Source: Nymphaea colorata (taxonomy: Eukaryota). Taken from it: DNA of 64,000 nt. Positions 26,465 to 40,185 of the stretch are shown one piece after another. The DNA is taken from assembly GCF_008831285.2 (NCBI RefSeq), contig NC_045138.2, positions 1,674,001 to 1,738,000 of the forward strand, in the 5' to 3' direction. The notes below the pieces were generated by a model. The model searched no databases and had not been told where the DNA came from. It worked only from the letters and a program-made list of their open reading frames with translations. Every line of letters starts with the position of its first letter. Position 1 is the stretch's first letter. The translations under genes were made by a program, and so were the position numbers.

Positions 26465-29400
26465 TTCTCCAGAAAAGGAAATTTAAGGTTCACCTTAAGG
26501 ACAATTGTTTTGAGACATTTTTGTGTAGCCTTAATATTGTTAGTAATACTTACATAAAAATTTAGAAGTATTCTTTTACATAGTTGTTGTTTTACTTTTT
26601 CTGAAAGTACAAGGAGATATTATTAACTTAAAAAAACTATATTTAATATAAATGGTCCCTTATGAAGTCCCTATTTTGTCTTTAGAAGTTGGAAAAAGGA
26701 AGGAAAAGTTGCATGTCTTGTTATTTTTTCTAGTTTAGACAGTATAAAATTGTTTTTGAAAATTTCATTTCAAGAAAATCTTGAGAGACAAGGATAAATT
26801 TTATGACATTTCAACATTTTTCATAGACTCTTGGAAACATATTGGTAATGTGGATTTTAAGAAATAAAAACGTAAAAAATATAACAAAATATTAAGACCA
26901 GAAAAATAAATATGACAAATTTTAAAACTATGTTGGGTTTTTATGTAAATATGACACGTGGAGGTGTTGTTATATACAACATGTAATATCAGAAAAAGTG
27001 TTTTATTTATTGATAAAAGTTAAAACCCACAAAGTCACAATTTTGTTTTGTTTTCACTTAAGTTTAATTAAAATTCAACCCAGAAAATTATAATTCTTTT
27101 CTTTTTACGTTCAATTACGCCATGTTCGTTGATAGCTTTTGCTCTTCGAGACAAAACTCCTTCTCCACCACTGACATGCATTTTTGCTCAACTCTGTTTA
27201 TTATTGTTTTTGCCGTATCTTCGAAGGATTAGAATATTGCTTTACGTGCTATAAGGAGGTCACGTATTTGCTGTAATTCCTTGTCATCTAGAATGATTTT
27301 TAGTTACAGAGGTGCTTTCTTGGTTTAGAGGTTTACATGAAGTACCTGACTTGGAGTTGGCTTATCCTTTTAGATCCTTTAGCAACAACCCCTTTAAACC
27401 CAATTCTTCAGCTGGATTAGTCCCAAGCATGCCAGAGAGTATTTTGTCCAAGAGGGTACTCGGTAGGTTCCCATTTGAATCGCTCAAGCATGAAGAAAGT
27501 ACATGACAAGTTACTTGGTTTACTTGATAATATAACAAATTCAATAAGTGATGCTAGACTTCAGATCTTGACCGATCATTGAGATCTGAAATGCCCTGTT
27601 TGAGTCTCCAAAATCTAGCATGGGGCTTTTTACTTGCAGTTCTTAGTAAGTTTTCCACCGTTTCATGGTTGGTCCATGGCTCAGCAGCCTCAGCTTGTTG
27701 GAAGTTGGTGGCCAATTTACATCGACCAAGCTGGTCAGTGACCCTTTTATCAGTTGAATGATATACCACATGGACAGACCTGAAATGTAGCTGCACTTGT
27801 GTCAGTACTTAAGTAATAAGTTCCATGGAAATGATAAAGGGAAATTTGGAACTTTTTATGACGTATAATATTTTGTTACAGTCATGCAGCATTAATTCTT
27901 GGCTAAACATGTTTCCATGGACATGGCTAGAAGACCATCCACATTCTTTCTTGCTGTACTTCCTTTTTTCTCCTTTTTGTTGATAGTAGTATATAGGGGG
28001 ACATGACACAAAAACAAATTGGAGTATCCTTTCGAGGACCAGCCAATTTGCAAATGTTCTTATTGGTCCTCCAGGAGGAAAAGGAAAGGCAGGAAATATG
28101 TGATAATGCACACAAATGTAAAGCAACCTGGATGTGCTTACTCGGTGTACGACAAAAAAGAAGCGCATCAGGGATGGCTATAAAACAAGTTTTCTGTATT
28201 TATCACGTAATAGCATAAGGATAGAAGAAATGGGAAAAGCATGCTGCTGAATGCAGTGAAATATATCTCTGCTTTGATTTGCCAATATACTGATGCCATT
28301 GTGTAGTTTTACTCATGAGGGACCAAAAATTGCCTCATGAATAGTCACAGACATGAGTTGAGATTCCTTAGACAGCCCCTGAACATTTTTTTTTTTTATA
28401 TATCTTTTCATGGCGTACGCAGCAAAAGCAGTACCATGATCATATTCATGTTATACAGGTTGGCGCACAATCACCAAGACAACCATGGCATGATTTACAC
28501 TGCAAAATTGAAGGACCTGCAGCATATGATGTACTAACCAATTTTGAACAGAGATGGAGAAAAGCTACAAAATGGAAGCAAAGATTTCAAAAAGTCACTC
28601 ATTGGCATGACGATGTCTTGATAAGGCTTGATCGCATGTCATGGATACTTAAGCCTTCCTCTGTAACTCCTGGAGATGATTCTGATTTCCAAGCCTCCGA
28701 GGAAGATGATTCGGAAAATTGGCATGTGCAGGTTGGACTTGGAGGATTTTTTTTTTATAACCATTCGGGGACATTTTTCATATCAATTGTTGTTCCATTG
28801 TAAATTTGGTGAGAGTTCCTTTTTGTTGTTAGGTATTTCGATCAATTGATTCAGGTTCTGTGAAAGGCTTCCCAAAACTTGTCCATGAAGCTGAAGCACA
28901 GGTTTACAAATTACTGTAGTTATGGTGCTATTTATTTATTCTTGTCCTTTCACATGGTGATGCTGTAGTTAATAGAATTCCAATGTCTTCAGCATAATTA
29001 ATCCAAGACTTACTTTCTGTTTGTTGCAGAATCTAGTCTGTGGGAAAAACCTTAAAATTGATAAGAGCATACACAGTGCATACATCAATGCAATTAGATC
29101 TGCAAAGCGCTTCATCTATATAGAGAATCAGTATTTTCTGGGATCTTCTTATTGCTGGCCATCTTATAAAAATGCAGGTGACTCTTTTCTGCATGCTCGT
29201 TCTTCCCTTTTATCTATACAGACTCTTTCTTCTTCTTAATCATCGTGTACTTTCTAACATGAGACCCAAGTACTTATCTTTCAACTTGATGTAATATTGC
29301 TCCATATTCACTATGAGACTTAGTTTATTACACTTTGTTCATATTGATTACATTTGCTAGTACTTGGATCACCCATAAAGGGACATGAATAGCATTTAAG

Positions 29401-31548
29401 TTATGTATGTCACTGTTTGCCCCCGGCTATTGTACTATGCATTGAATGTTAAACTTCACCACTAAACTTTTTTTCCTCTATGGGAATGATCTTTCTGCCA
29501 TTTTAAAACTTTTGTCTTTTGTGTTGACCTATCACAAATAAGAGGCAATCTGTTGAAAATAGTAAGTAAAGCACTGCCTTGTGTTGAATATTGCTATCAA
29601 CATGTTCATGTTTGATGCCTTATTGACATCATATTTTTGGCTTTGGTTATTTTTATTTTATTTTATTCTATGAATTAGTTATTCTTTTGCAAATAATAAT
29701 TAAATGTTATACTGTTCATAGCAGGATTCATATGGCCTTTGATATTAAGGGCAGTTCTTTAGCTACTAGCCTACTACTATATGCTTCCATGGTATTATTT
29801 GAGTGCTCACCTTTTTCCACTCAAGTTATGATTATTTATTTTTATTGCATTGGAAAGATTTTCTAATTTTCTCTTGCCTAAATTACAAGTCTTGATCAAG
29901 TTTTTGAGCTTATGATCATTCCTGTACATGTTATACATGTTACTTAAACAGTTGTTTGATGCTTTGGAACATGCATTTCTGACCTGATACATCCATTAGC
30001 ATTCTATGCTGGTTCAAACACTTGCTTGATTTTAGTTCATTCTTTGATGCTGGTCTTGTTCTAGGACTGTGAGTTCAGTCATTCCTGAATACTATAATTT
30101 CCTGTGGACAGGTGCGGATAATTTAGTACCGATGGAACTTGCATTGAAAATTGTGGAAAAGATTGAGGCAAATGAAAGATTTTGCGTGTACATAGTAATG
30201 CCAATGTGGCCTGAAGGAATTCCAAGTAGTGCTGCAGTTCAGGAGATTTTGTATTGGCAGGTTTAGTATGTAATTTCTTTTACCATCTTGTCCAACTCTT
30301 GACAAGCATTGCCAAATATATCTTGCAATGGGATAATTGCTGGCAGAAAATTATTTTCAGCATATACTGGAAAGAGAGAAGTTTGTAACCTGTCAAACTT
30401 CTGGACTTCAAGTTTGAACTTGTTGTGGTTCCTGCTGCTGAAGAGTTACCTATTCATTCTTTGAGTACAAACACACAAATAAACACACAATTTTTACATC
30501 CTTCCAGAAACTTAGGAGACACCTCATTATATCTATTTTCTGATGTATAGATAAGATATTATAATCATTTAAAATTCATTCATATGGTTATATTTGAAAA
30601 GATTTGCCCTAACTGATATCCAGAATAGTAGATGCCATGGAGTACATAATTATGAATGGCAAGACACACTCACAGTCTCACACATATATACACATGCATA
30701 TATATTTGCAGTGAGAGAAAGAGAGGGACTGGTGCATCTCATACAGGTCCAAACAGCTTCACATATGGTTCAACATGTTCACAAGGTGCTGCATGTAAAT
30801 TTACTTTTTGAAGTAAAACTACCAATCGTCATCCACTTTCTTGAGACAAGTAATGTTGTACACACGCACACATATATATGGTTTATGAAAATATGTTGGC
30901 TTACATATGAGAATTATGTGTATTGATCGTGAACCATCTGGTCAACTTGATTACTGGTTCACTGATGCCATGTGTAAAGTTACTTTTGTTGTCCATTTTC
31001 TTGAAAAAGTAACTTTACAAGTGACTCATAAACTATAATTAAGCTGATTGTACAAGTCAGTTAGAATCAGTCTACTATACATATATATAAATAAATAAAC
31101 AAAAAAATATATATACATATATCATAGCTACAAATGTCATGATATTTTCAAAGATATTGCGATATTAACTAAAAAATGGAAAAAGGAAAACATTGCAATA
31201 TTTTGAAAAGAAAGGTTAAAAATCAATTTATCGCAATTTTTTCATTTATTTCTATTTCATTGTCTGTTTTCACTTTTTTCAACTTTTGTTTCATTGTTTT
31301 ATTTTCTCTTGTTTTAGGTATTTAATGTGATCTCGTAGATGTAATACAATACTTATTACTTTATCTTTTTTATCATTTTAACTAGATTTTTTATTCTTCT
31401 TATAGTTTCTCATTTATTGTATTTTCTCCAAAATTTTGATTTTTTTTTAAATCTCAAAGATTTTACAAATATTTTTCAAAAAAAAAGATGAAAAATACCC
31501 AAGAAAAATTTCACCAATAAAAACCCAAGAATGATATTTGTGGCTATG

Positions 31549-31595
<47 letters not shown>

Positions 31596-31857
31596 TCAGT
31601 CGTATAAAAAGGAAATTAGACGCATATTTTTTAAAAAAACACCAGAAAATAAAAAATAAAAAAAGGCTAATTATACGTGTTTTTTTGCATATTTTTTTAT
31701 TAATTTTTATTTTTTATATTTTTTAAGATTTATTAAATGTTTTAAATTTTTTTAAAAATTTGCTGAGATTTTTTCGAGATATTCTGGAGATATACAACTT
31801 TGTTGTATTATACCCAAGAAATTCCTCGCCATATAATACTTGTATACGATATATGTG

Positions 31858-31888
<31 letters not shown>

Positions 31889-34800
31889 GAGATGGTTTCC
31901 ATAACCTTCAAGTTATGCTCCTCTTTTGCATGTCAATGCCATGCCTTCAATTGTGATCACTTGGGATGGATGACATTCAGGCTTGTAAAGCATTTAAATT
32001 GTGTTTACTGAATGTCCTATATGTGCAACAAAAATTGGTAGGACTAGAATATAACATCTGGCATGCAGCTAAGCACATATTTGTATCTTAACAGCAATAG
32101 GTTCTGTACTAAATGGTATTTTTGTCACAGGGTCAAACAATGCAGATGATGTATGGGCTCATTGCAAATGCACTTGCTAAAGTCAGGGGTTCAAATGACA
32201 GGCACCCTCAGGATTATTTGAACTTTTACTGCCTAGGAAAACGTGAAATAGGACAAGGTTCACATTTAAATGGTCAACATGACACTACTCCCTTGGTATT
32301 GACCTATAAATTGCACATCTGCATGTAGTTACATTATTTCATTACAGTAGAATGGTATTTAGTTATATCATCATGCTTTTAGATAATAATTACATTGCAC
32401 TTGAAAGTTGGGTGGTAAATTCTGCATGACTATTTGAGTTGCTATTTCGTGGAAATGCCTGTCCTTTTCCTAAAGCTTTTTCAGTGATATTGCAAGGAAA
32501 ATTTCTTCTTAGGAAATTGTGTTTGCAGCTTATGTTTCTGGTTTTCATGTATGGTTACGTCTTCAATTTCTTGCGAAGCTATAAAGGTGGAGGCAGCTTC
32601 ATAAATAGCCGAAGCATTTATGATTGCTTTTTCATGTTGATAATGTTCTGGTTCTAGTAACGCTAAATCAGCAAAAACATGGCCTTCCATTAGATATTCT
32701 TAAAGGAAAGATGGAAAAGGGTCATCTTTTTTCACACAGAAATTATTTTCTTTTGCAGTAAACTGTAAAATATGCAAAAGGAGCACTACTCAAACTATAT
32801 ATTTAGGGTGTTCTATAGCCTTTAAATTTCCTAGTGTTGTACTATCCTTTTTTTTGTCAAAATTAGCTTTCTTGCACCCATATGTTCTTTTGTGAAAAAA
32901 AAGCATCTTAATGAGTGAAAATGCCTAAATAAATACACAATAAACTGAAAATTTAGATACATTAGTCTTGGAAACAGTTTTGATGTCTTTATTTTTATTT
33001 TTTAATTTGTTAAGAATTTCTTTCCAGTATCTTTTTGCTATTTTTATTCTCTTAGTATCTGATTAAAAAAAAAATACTATTTTTGATTTTGATGACTGCT
33101 GATTTGGTGTAGTTCGGAAGAACCCTTCAACTCGTTTATGCTTTTTGAAATGGATCTTTATTTTCCGTTTCCTTTTTTGTTTTAAAAAGAATCACTCAAA
33201 ATTGCCAGCAGAAGTTTAGGATGAATAGCTTCACCTGAATTTAATTGAAGATAGTCAAAATGAAGTGAAGATGCATGTTTTGAGTGACACGTTTGCTTCA
33301 CCTCGTGGCTCAAAATGTCGTTGGGTGCAGATGGAAGACTACACTGTAACATCATGGAGGAAAACAACAGTTTAGATAATTGTGTAATCACTAGCATTAT
33401 GTCCACTGTCAAAGTATGAAAAAAAAAGAATAATAAAAGGCAGTCACACTGGCAAGTGACAACCTCTAGGTGTGGGAGGAGCAGCCACAAGCACATAATT
33501 TGACCTGGATTAAGTGGTATTGACTGTTACTTAGCTAGACAAAAGGACCACTTTACAGTATGATTGGTAAAAAGAAGATCTCTTACACTCAGATGCCAGT
33601 GCCAAAAATGAAGGGTACACGCACTGAAAACTTAGGACAATTAATCACAATAATAAGCGTGATTCACACAGAGCATAACTCCAGTGGGCAACAGTAATCA
33701 TTTTATACATATATACTAACACCGACAGAAAAAGAAGCATTTCTATGCACCATACAAGGCTAGATAGAGCGTCTGTGTGTTCAAAAGTTGTTAGAAAAGA
33801 ATGCTAGTTCAAATGCTACTGTTCAAGACCCAGAAGAAGACATTTATTGAAAGCCTATGAGTGATGGATCTACCATCAAAATAGAACAATTTTTGAGAGA
33901 TTGGAAACATTGAGCAAATATAAAAACTATTTTGCAGATATACATGCCAACAACGTGGAAAAGCCATCACAAAGAGTACCCTAAAACAGAAGTTGTTCTG
34001 TGTGTGTGTGTGTGCAACTATGCATGTCCATGTGCAAATATGTGCATCTGTACGAGTGTGCATGCAGATAAGCATGGGCGTCTAAGCATGTCTGTGTGCT
34101 TTTTAACATATTTACAGCCAAAAGATGGCCAGTCAAGAATGGAATCAGACACATTTCTACTGGGATTTTTTTTTTCACATCCTTCCCTACCTTAGGAGTG
34201 GTTATATTCATCCTTACCTCATATTGAAAAAATCTATCCCCACTGCAAATTATCCTTGAGGTTGGGGCCAAAGCAAGAGGGAGATTTTGTTCTGAAAGCA
34301 ACACTTGCCTTCTTTGTTAGTGGTGGTTGACTTGGATTCTTTCCAAAGTTGCATAGAATGGCAGAATGTACCTGGCAAAAGCCATAGTGCCAACGGGGAT
34401 CCCCCATTCCGAAAGGTGACAGGGCTGGCCCGTTAGATCCAAAGTGGTATGCCACTTCTGTGGTGCTGATAGATGAACTACTTTAGCGCCGTTATCGGAC
34501 ATTGCAGGCGTTGAATAACTGTTTTCTTCCGATGACATAGAGAAATTGCGTAGAAGTATTTTTCATAACTTAACTGCAGTTTAGTGACTGCTATGGTGAA
34601 AGAATCACAGTAACGGCAGTTTACTAACTGCTATGGTAAAAAAAGAATAATAGAAGGATTGTCTTGAAAGTGCAGATGTTTAGGGATGGATTTGATGAGC
34701 ACCATAAGGCGGGTATGTATTTATCAACTACCATTACGGTATAAATTTGGGAAAGCCATTAAGTAATAACATATGTCTTGTAAATGACAGTATTATATAC

Positions 34801-37240
34801 TCTGTATGATAATTGGTGTGTGGGTCAGATCCTAGGCTGAATTGCGGGAAAGCCCATATCTGAATCAGTGGAATTCATGTCCTTGAGGGCAATCAATATC
34901 AGTACAAATAACCTCCTTAGGCTTGCTTTTTTTAGTACTGACCAATTCAAGGTAATTGTGCAGCAGCTCCCCTTGTAAACTGGTCCCTCTCGCTCTTCTT
35001 GGCTGTTTTCAGCACACCCACCACTCTCTGATTTTGGGTCAAGCTGGTGCTGGTGACTCCACTTAGAGCAGCAAGATGTGGCAGGTCAAGCTTTACCTAG
35101 ATTGGCCATCCCTTTGTTCGTGCAAGAGGGGCTCATCCTTTAAGAAAAGTTGAGAAATGTGATATAGTGTCACTTAATGTTCTATACAACATGCACCACA
35201 GTCTAGAGGTATTCCTTGTCAAAGCTTGTTAATGTACCAATGACAGTCTACCAACCAGAAAATGTGGTCTTAATAGTTTTACATTAACAAGCTACAGTGG
35301 CAGGTGACCTGGTCGGTACTCCTTCATGAACAAGGGGGTGATTTGGAAGCTTAGACATTTGGTTACAGGTGGTATCACTAGGTGCTACCTGGTGTGCGTA
35401 TCTTTCGTATGTTCTAGCTCAATGTGTAGCAAGTAAAAACCTGGTCCAAAATAGACCTAAGCACTTCATGTGGTAAATCCTAGCCTGCCCTGTACCAAGT
35501 CCCCTTGTCGTCCATAAAGGTTGTGAATCTAGGACATAAGGTGCTATGTCCCGCCAAGGCCATTAGATTTTCTGAAATGTACGACACAAGACTGTTCCTA
35601 AGCCATACCACATATTAGTTGCTACAATACCAGCTGCAGTTCTCGTTGAACATTTTCTTTTGGCAATTTCTATTTTTAAAGCTCCAGATGTTTTATACGC
35701 AGATCATTGTATAACATATGACATTTTCACATTTGCTGATAAATAATGGCAAATCGTTCACAGGAAAGCCTCCCCATGGCATAAAATAAATGTTTTCTTT
35801 TGCGAGCAAATTTAAAAAATTTGACTGTGAGATGGTTTGCTTACATGACGGTGCTACTCTTTACATGATTTCGTTATGCTTTTTCTCTTACTGCTTTGTG
35901 ATATGATAATATAGAAGCTAGTGATCGTGATTGTCAGTTTACTATAGTTTAAATTTCTTGTTTACTACTTAGTGAATTTAGATGGCTTCAACGGAGACTT
36001 CTGCTTTTCAGGGTCTAGCCCAGAAATTCCGCAGATTTATGATTTATGTTCATTCCAAAGGGATGGTAGTAGATGATGAATACATAATACTAGGGTCTGC
36101 AAATATCAACCAACGGTCTTTGGATGGTTCAAGAGACACTGAGATTGCAATAGGTGCATATCAACCACATCATAGCCGAGCTAAAAAGCAGAGTCATCCT
36201 CATGGACAGGTATTTATCCTTCAAGGATATGATTCACCAGCATGCAAAGTACAAAAAGTATGTGATTCACTGGCATGTCTGGAAATATGGGGCTTTTGCT
36301 TTTTACAAGAAGACATGTCATTTGAAAATTTTGCTATTTGTTGCACCATTGAGATCAATCATGCACTTTGTGTAGAACCTAACCTCTTTCCAGGTCAAGT
36401 GCTGAAACTGTTTGATTACTTCATAAAAATTGCAGGCGTGCTATGTGTTGCGAGTATTTTATCTTTAGGTTTGAACTTGTGGGTTACCCATCAGGTTCAA
36501 TGAATCTGTGAGTTACAAGACGACTTTTACATCTCCAGAAGGTGCTACAAGCATTAGCAGGTTCTTTGGAGATGAGGGCCTTAGTTATTGATTTCCTAAT
36601 AATTCCCCTCTTTAACAATATCTTAAAAAAGGTTGGAGATTGTTGTTTTTAGGTCACACAATTAACGAAGGAAAGGCTTGGCTGGCTAGCTAGGGATTTG
36701 TTTGTCTTGACTGAATGGTCCAATTATCCAGTTGGTGCAGCTAGGATACTTGATTCTGTAAGCATCATGTTTGACTTGAACAAAACTCATCAATTTGGCA
36801 TCAGGTGATGCGATTGACCTGTGTATGTGGTTGTCTTAATTAAACAAACTTTCTGCAGAACTGAAACCTGATGCTAGCTGAGGGTTTCCATATTTGATGA
36901 TATAGAGGACTTTTGTTCTATTCATGTCTGGGTGATCCTTGTGCAGGTTTATGGGTACAGGATGTCACTTTGGGCAGAACACCTAGGTCAGTTGGAGGAC
37001 TGTTTCTCCAGGCCACAGAGTCTTGAATGTGTTGAATGTGTTAATAAGTTAGCCGAAAACAATTGGCGAGCGTATGTTGGGGAAGAAATGAGGAGCATGA
37101 AAGGGCACCTGCTAAAGTACCCAATTAAGGTTGGAAAGGATGGCCATGTTGGGCCATTGCCTGGGTACGAGTGCTTTCCAGATGTGGGTGGTAAGGTTCT
37201 TGGTGCATATTCATCTCTTCCTGATGTTCTCACCACCTAG
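20909..37240 (+). CDS. PLDdelta: Phospholipase D delta (C2-PLD), 10 exons, 846 aa
   Basis: Exons 20909-21841, 22711-22827, 26141-26335, 28459-28731, 28833-28901, 29030-29177, 30112-30260, 32131-32295, 36012-36209, 36947-37240; all GT-AG and in phase (2541 nt). C2 domain (LHGDL..LPNMD..TSDPYV), HKD1 [19 protein letters not shown]2 HSKGMVVD, C-terminal LPDVLTT. Confidence 0.96.
23553..23743. mobile_element. Short solo LTR (TRIM-like), 191 bp, in PLD intron 2
   Basis: Termini TGTAACA..TGTTACA form an inverted repeat; 5-bp flanks TATAG / TACAG match at 4 of 5. Confidence 0.65.
24465..25015. mobile_element. Unclassified GC-rich transposon fragment in PLD intron 2
   Basis: Abrupt GC-rich island (GCCGCC/CCGG motifs) within an AT-rich intron; no recognisable protein; termini not resolved. 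Confidence 0.4.
25048..25255. mobile_element. Fold-back MITE in TA-rich sequence
   Basis: Inverted arms GCTGGATGGTT / AACTATCCAGC and TTTAAAAATCATAACTAATA / TATTAGCTATGGATTTTTAAA. Confidence 0.6.
31123..31548. mobile_element. Non-autonomous TIR element (hAT-like MITE) in PLD intron 7
   Basis: TIR CATAGCTACAAAT / ATTTGTGGCTATG; TA-rich flanks make the TSD ambiguous. Confidence 0.6.
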
Positions 37241-39005
37241 ACATACGCTGATTAAGGAAGAAAAAAACTATTTTTAGGCTTGGAAAGAGCAAACGTCCCC
37301 TACCAAATGAACTGTAACAGAATCTCTTACTGAAAAATGCATAAGCTGACTAAAACTTGTCCAGATCATGGCAGCTATACTGGATAGACCTGCAGAAGCG
37401 GGAGAACACATTCTCTTGTTTGATTATTTCGTAAGTCAAATGACTTCTCAGAACGAATGCTCCATCTCCACCATGTCATAGCACCGTGGATACTGGACAC
37501 AGCAGATGAGCAGATGCATCGTGTGCACAGGGAAACCTGCATTGGACATGGTAGACTATATGCACGACTTCATTTTGTATATTTTGGTAATGAATTGTAA
37601 TTACATTTTCATTCCAGAATTTATCATCAATTCTGTATAGAATTAATCATTTGAATTTCATTAAACATAATATGTCCTGAGTTATTAAACTGCAACTTTT
37701 TAGGATGAAATTGCCTTATTGCTTTAGGTAGCTACTCTTGAACAGACGTTATGAGCAGTTTCCTTTTTTCCATCGCCTAGTTGGGAACTCTATAGTCTCT
37801 GACCAACAAGGATGAACATACAGTAGCCTATATTTGTGGAAGAGAGCCTGGTCATTAGCAGCAGATATTGTTGTTATTGATCTTAGACATGCCTGATTTT
37901 CTGTAATTCATGGTGTTGTAAAGGTGATCATTCTTGTCTAATGTCCTAAACTTGAATACCTCTTTTCTTTTTTAATATGTAAGTCTTGCAAATAATCTGA
38001 TGGTTTTGAGCCCCAGAATGGCCTAAAGATACCAAAGCTTATTATGGTTTATCAAAGTCCCCAAACAGGCAAATCAATCATTCTGACAACAAAACATAGT
38101 TGCAGTTGCAAAATGTGGATTTACAAGCCAGCTGATGCTTCCTTCACTTGGCTATGAAGTTACATTTAGGACCTTCAAGCTAGAGGAGTTCAATAGTTAA
38201 ATACCTGGGGTTGCTTCTCTTGAGAAGTTAAAGGTTGTCTTTCTTCTCCAGCTTCTCCTGGGCTTTAAACACGGTATAGGATGTCCTTGGCTATATATCT
38301 GTAAGCAAAACATCCTTGTGATGAAAGGCTTTATAGATTTTTGAGAAAATTTTGAGATTTGAAAGAACTGACAAGAAAAACGGTATACATACTAATAAGA
38401 AATTTAATGAGATTTTACTTTGTATCACCATATGATCGGGACACTTTTTACCAGGAAATCTTTGAATCACCATATGATCAAGTCACTTGCTACGAGAAGA
38501 TGTTTAAATTGTGTATGGTTATATGATATGCCAAGGTTTCTTCTCAAGAACATCTGAAATGTCCACCGTCCCCTTTGGTGATGGACGGTCATCATTGTGT
38601 CCATTAGAGATGTATTTTCTAGTGGGCTGCATTACCCGAGTTGCAAATTACACAATTAACTGGAAGAACATGGTTTGACAGATGACTGGATCTTCTCTCC
38701 TTTGATCCAACACATGCCAACAATAAGCTCTTAAGAACTTTAATCAGAAAAACAAGTCTTCTCTCCCTTGATCCAATCAATGCCCAACTCTTCAGAAAAG
38801 AACTTTGATAAGAAGATCAGTCATAATCAATCAGGCCAAGTGGCGCTCCAGTTGGTTTGATTCACAAACAGACGCAGTATCGGATCCATTTTGCATCTGC
38901 ATCACAAGAAAATCAACTAATTTGGGTATGGATGAGAACCAGTTCAGACTTTATGTCCATGGATCGACCCATTCAAGCCTGGTTTCGTTTGTAAGTCCAT
39001 CATAA

Positions 39006-39170
39006 GAGGCTGTTTAGGATAAAGAACACTATGTGACAGTTTTATGAACATACCTTAAATATGGGCACAGATTCACAAAACACTTGTTCAAGTAGTTCAT
39101 GAATCTACTTTAATACTTGAGATAGATTCATAGAATGCTCACACAATGTTCCTCATGCCAAACAGCCTCT
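39006..39170. mobile_element. Tourist-like MITE
   Basis: TIR GAGGCTGTTT / AAACAGCCTC, TAA on both sides, internally near-palindromic. Confidence 0.7.
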
Positions 39171-40185
39171 TAAGAGTCAAGTTCAGCACCAATGAGCATG
39201 GCCCATCGACTATGGACAGACTCTTGACATGGACCATTTTTCCTTGTCAAAACCACTAAAGTCCAGGCTTAGGCTGCATTTCGGATTCCGCACTAGCTAA
39301 TTTGATCAGCTGGGCCCAGGTCCTGCCCTTGTGGAATTTGTAAGCCAAATCTGGCCTTTATGAAATAAAATGTACAAGAAGAATAATGTATGTTTTTTTT
39401 TTTAAGATCCCACTCGGGCTTAAACGTGTGAGTGTGAGATAACTAGAGCACAGTTTGTTTAGTATTCGAGCTAAACGTGTGAGCTTGAACTCAGCTCATT
39501 TATCCTAAGAGTCAAGCTCGATCTGAGCTTAACCAAGTTGAGCTCGAGTCGAGTTCCAGTTGCTCAACTTGCGTTTGAACTTGGTTTGGAACTGACCCCG
39601 CCATGGGCTAACCTGAACCCTGTATGTAAAATTTAGAGACCAAACCAGGCAAGAGACCCACTATCTTACTTGGCCAAACGAGTCAGATTTGGTTCTTCGA
39701 CCTCGACCTAGATTGCTCAAAGAAGTCCAATTAAAAAAAAAGAAAAGAAACTTATTAGAATTTAACAAACAATATAATTATAATAATATGTTAATGCCAT
39801 ATCAATTTTGTTTTATTTGATGTTCCCAATCATGCATAATACGACTCAAGACAAAGAATCAAAATTGACCAGTGCACCATGGATCTTTTGCCATATCAAC
39901 AAAAGGGTGGCACTTCAGATTCACATAAAATCCATTGGTTCCAAAACAAGAGTAATCAAACGTCTCCGAAAGTTATGGTAAGTTACGCAAAAGAACACCG
40001 AGAAAATGCTCAACAGCATAATTCGAGACTTTAACAAAGCAAATGCCTAGATGAATTCGTCGATGCAGAAGGGTACGACCATCTGTGTCAATTGATTATA
40101 GTTCAGGTATGAATTTGGAAAACTCAGTTCACATCTCATCGCCCAGAGGCTACAGGGACGTTCAAACTTCCAAGTCTGAACCCCC

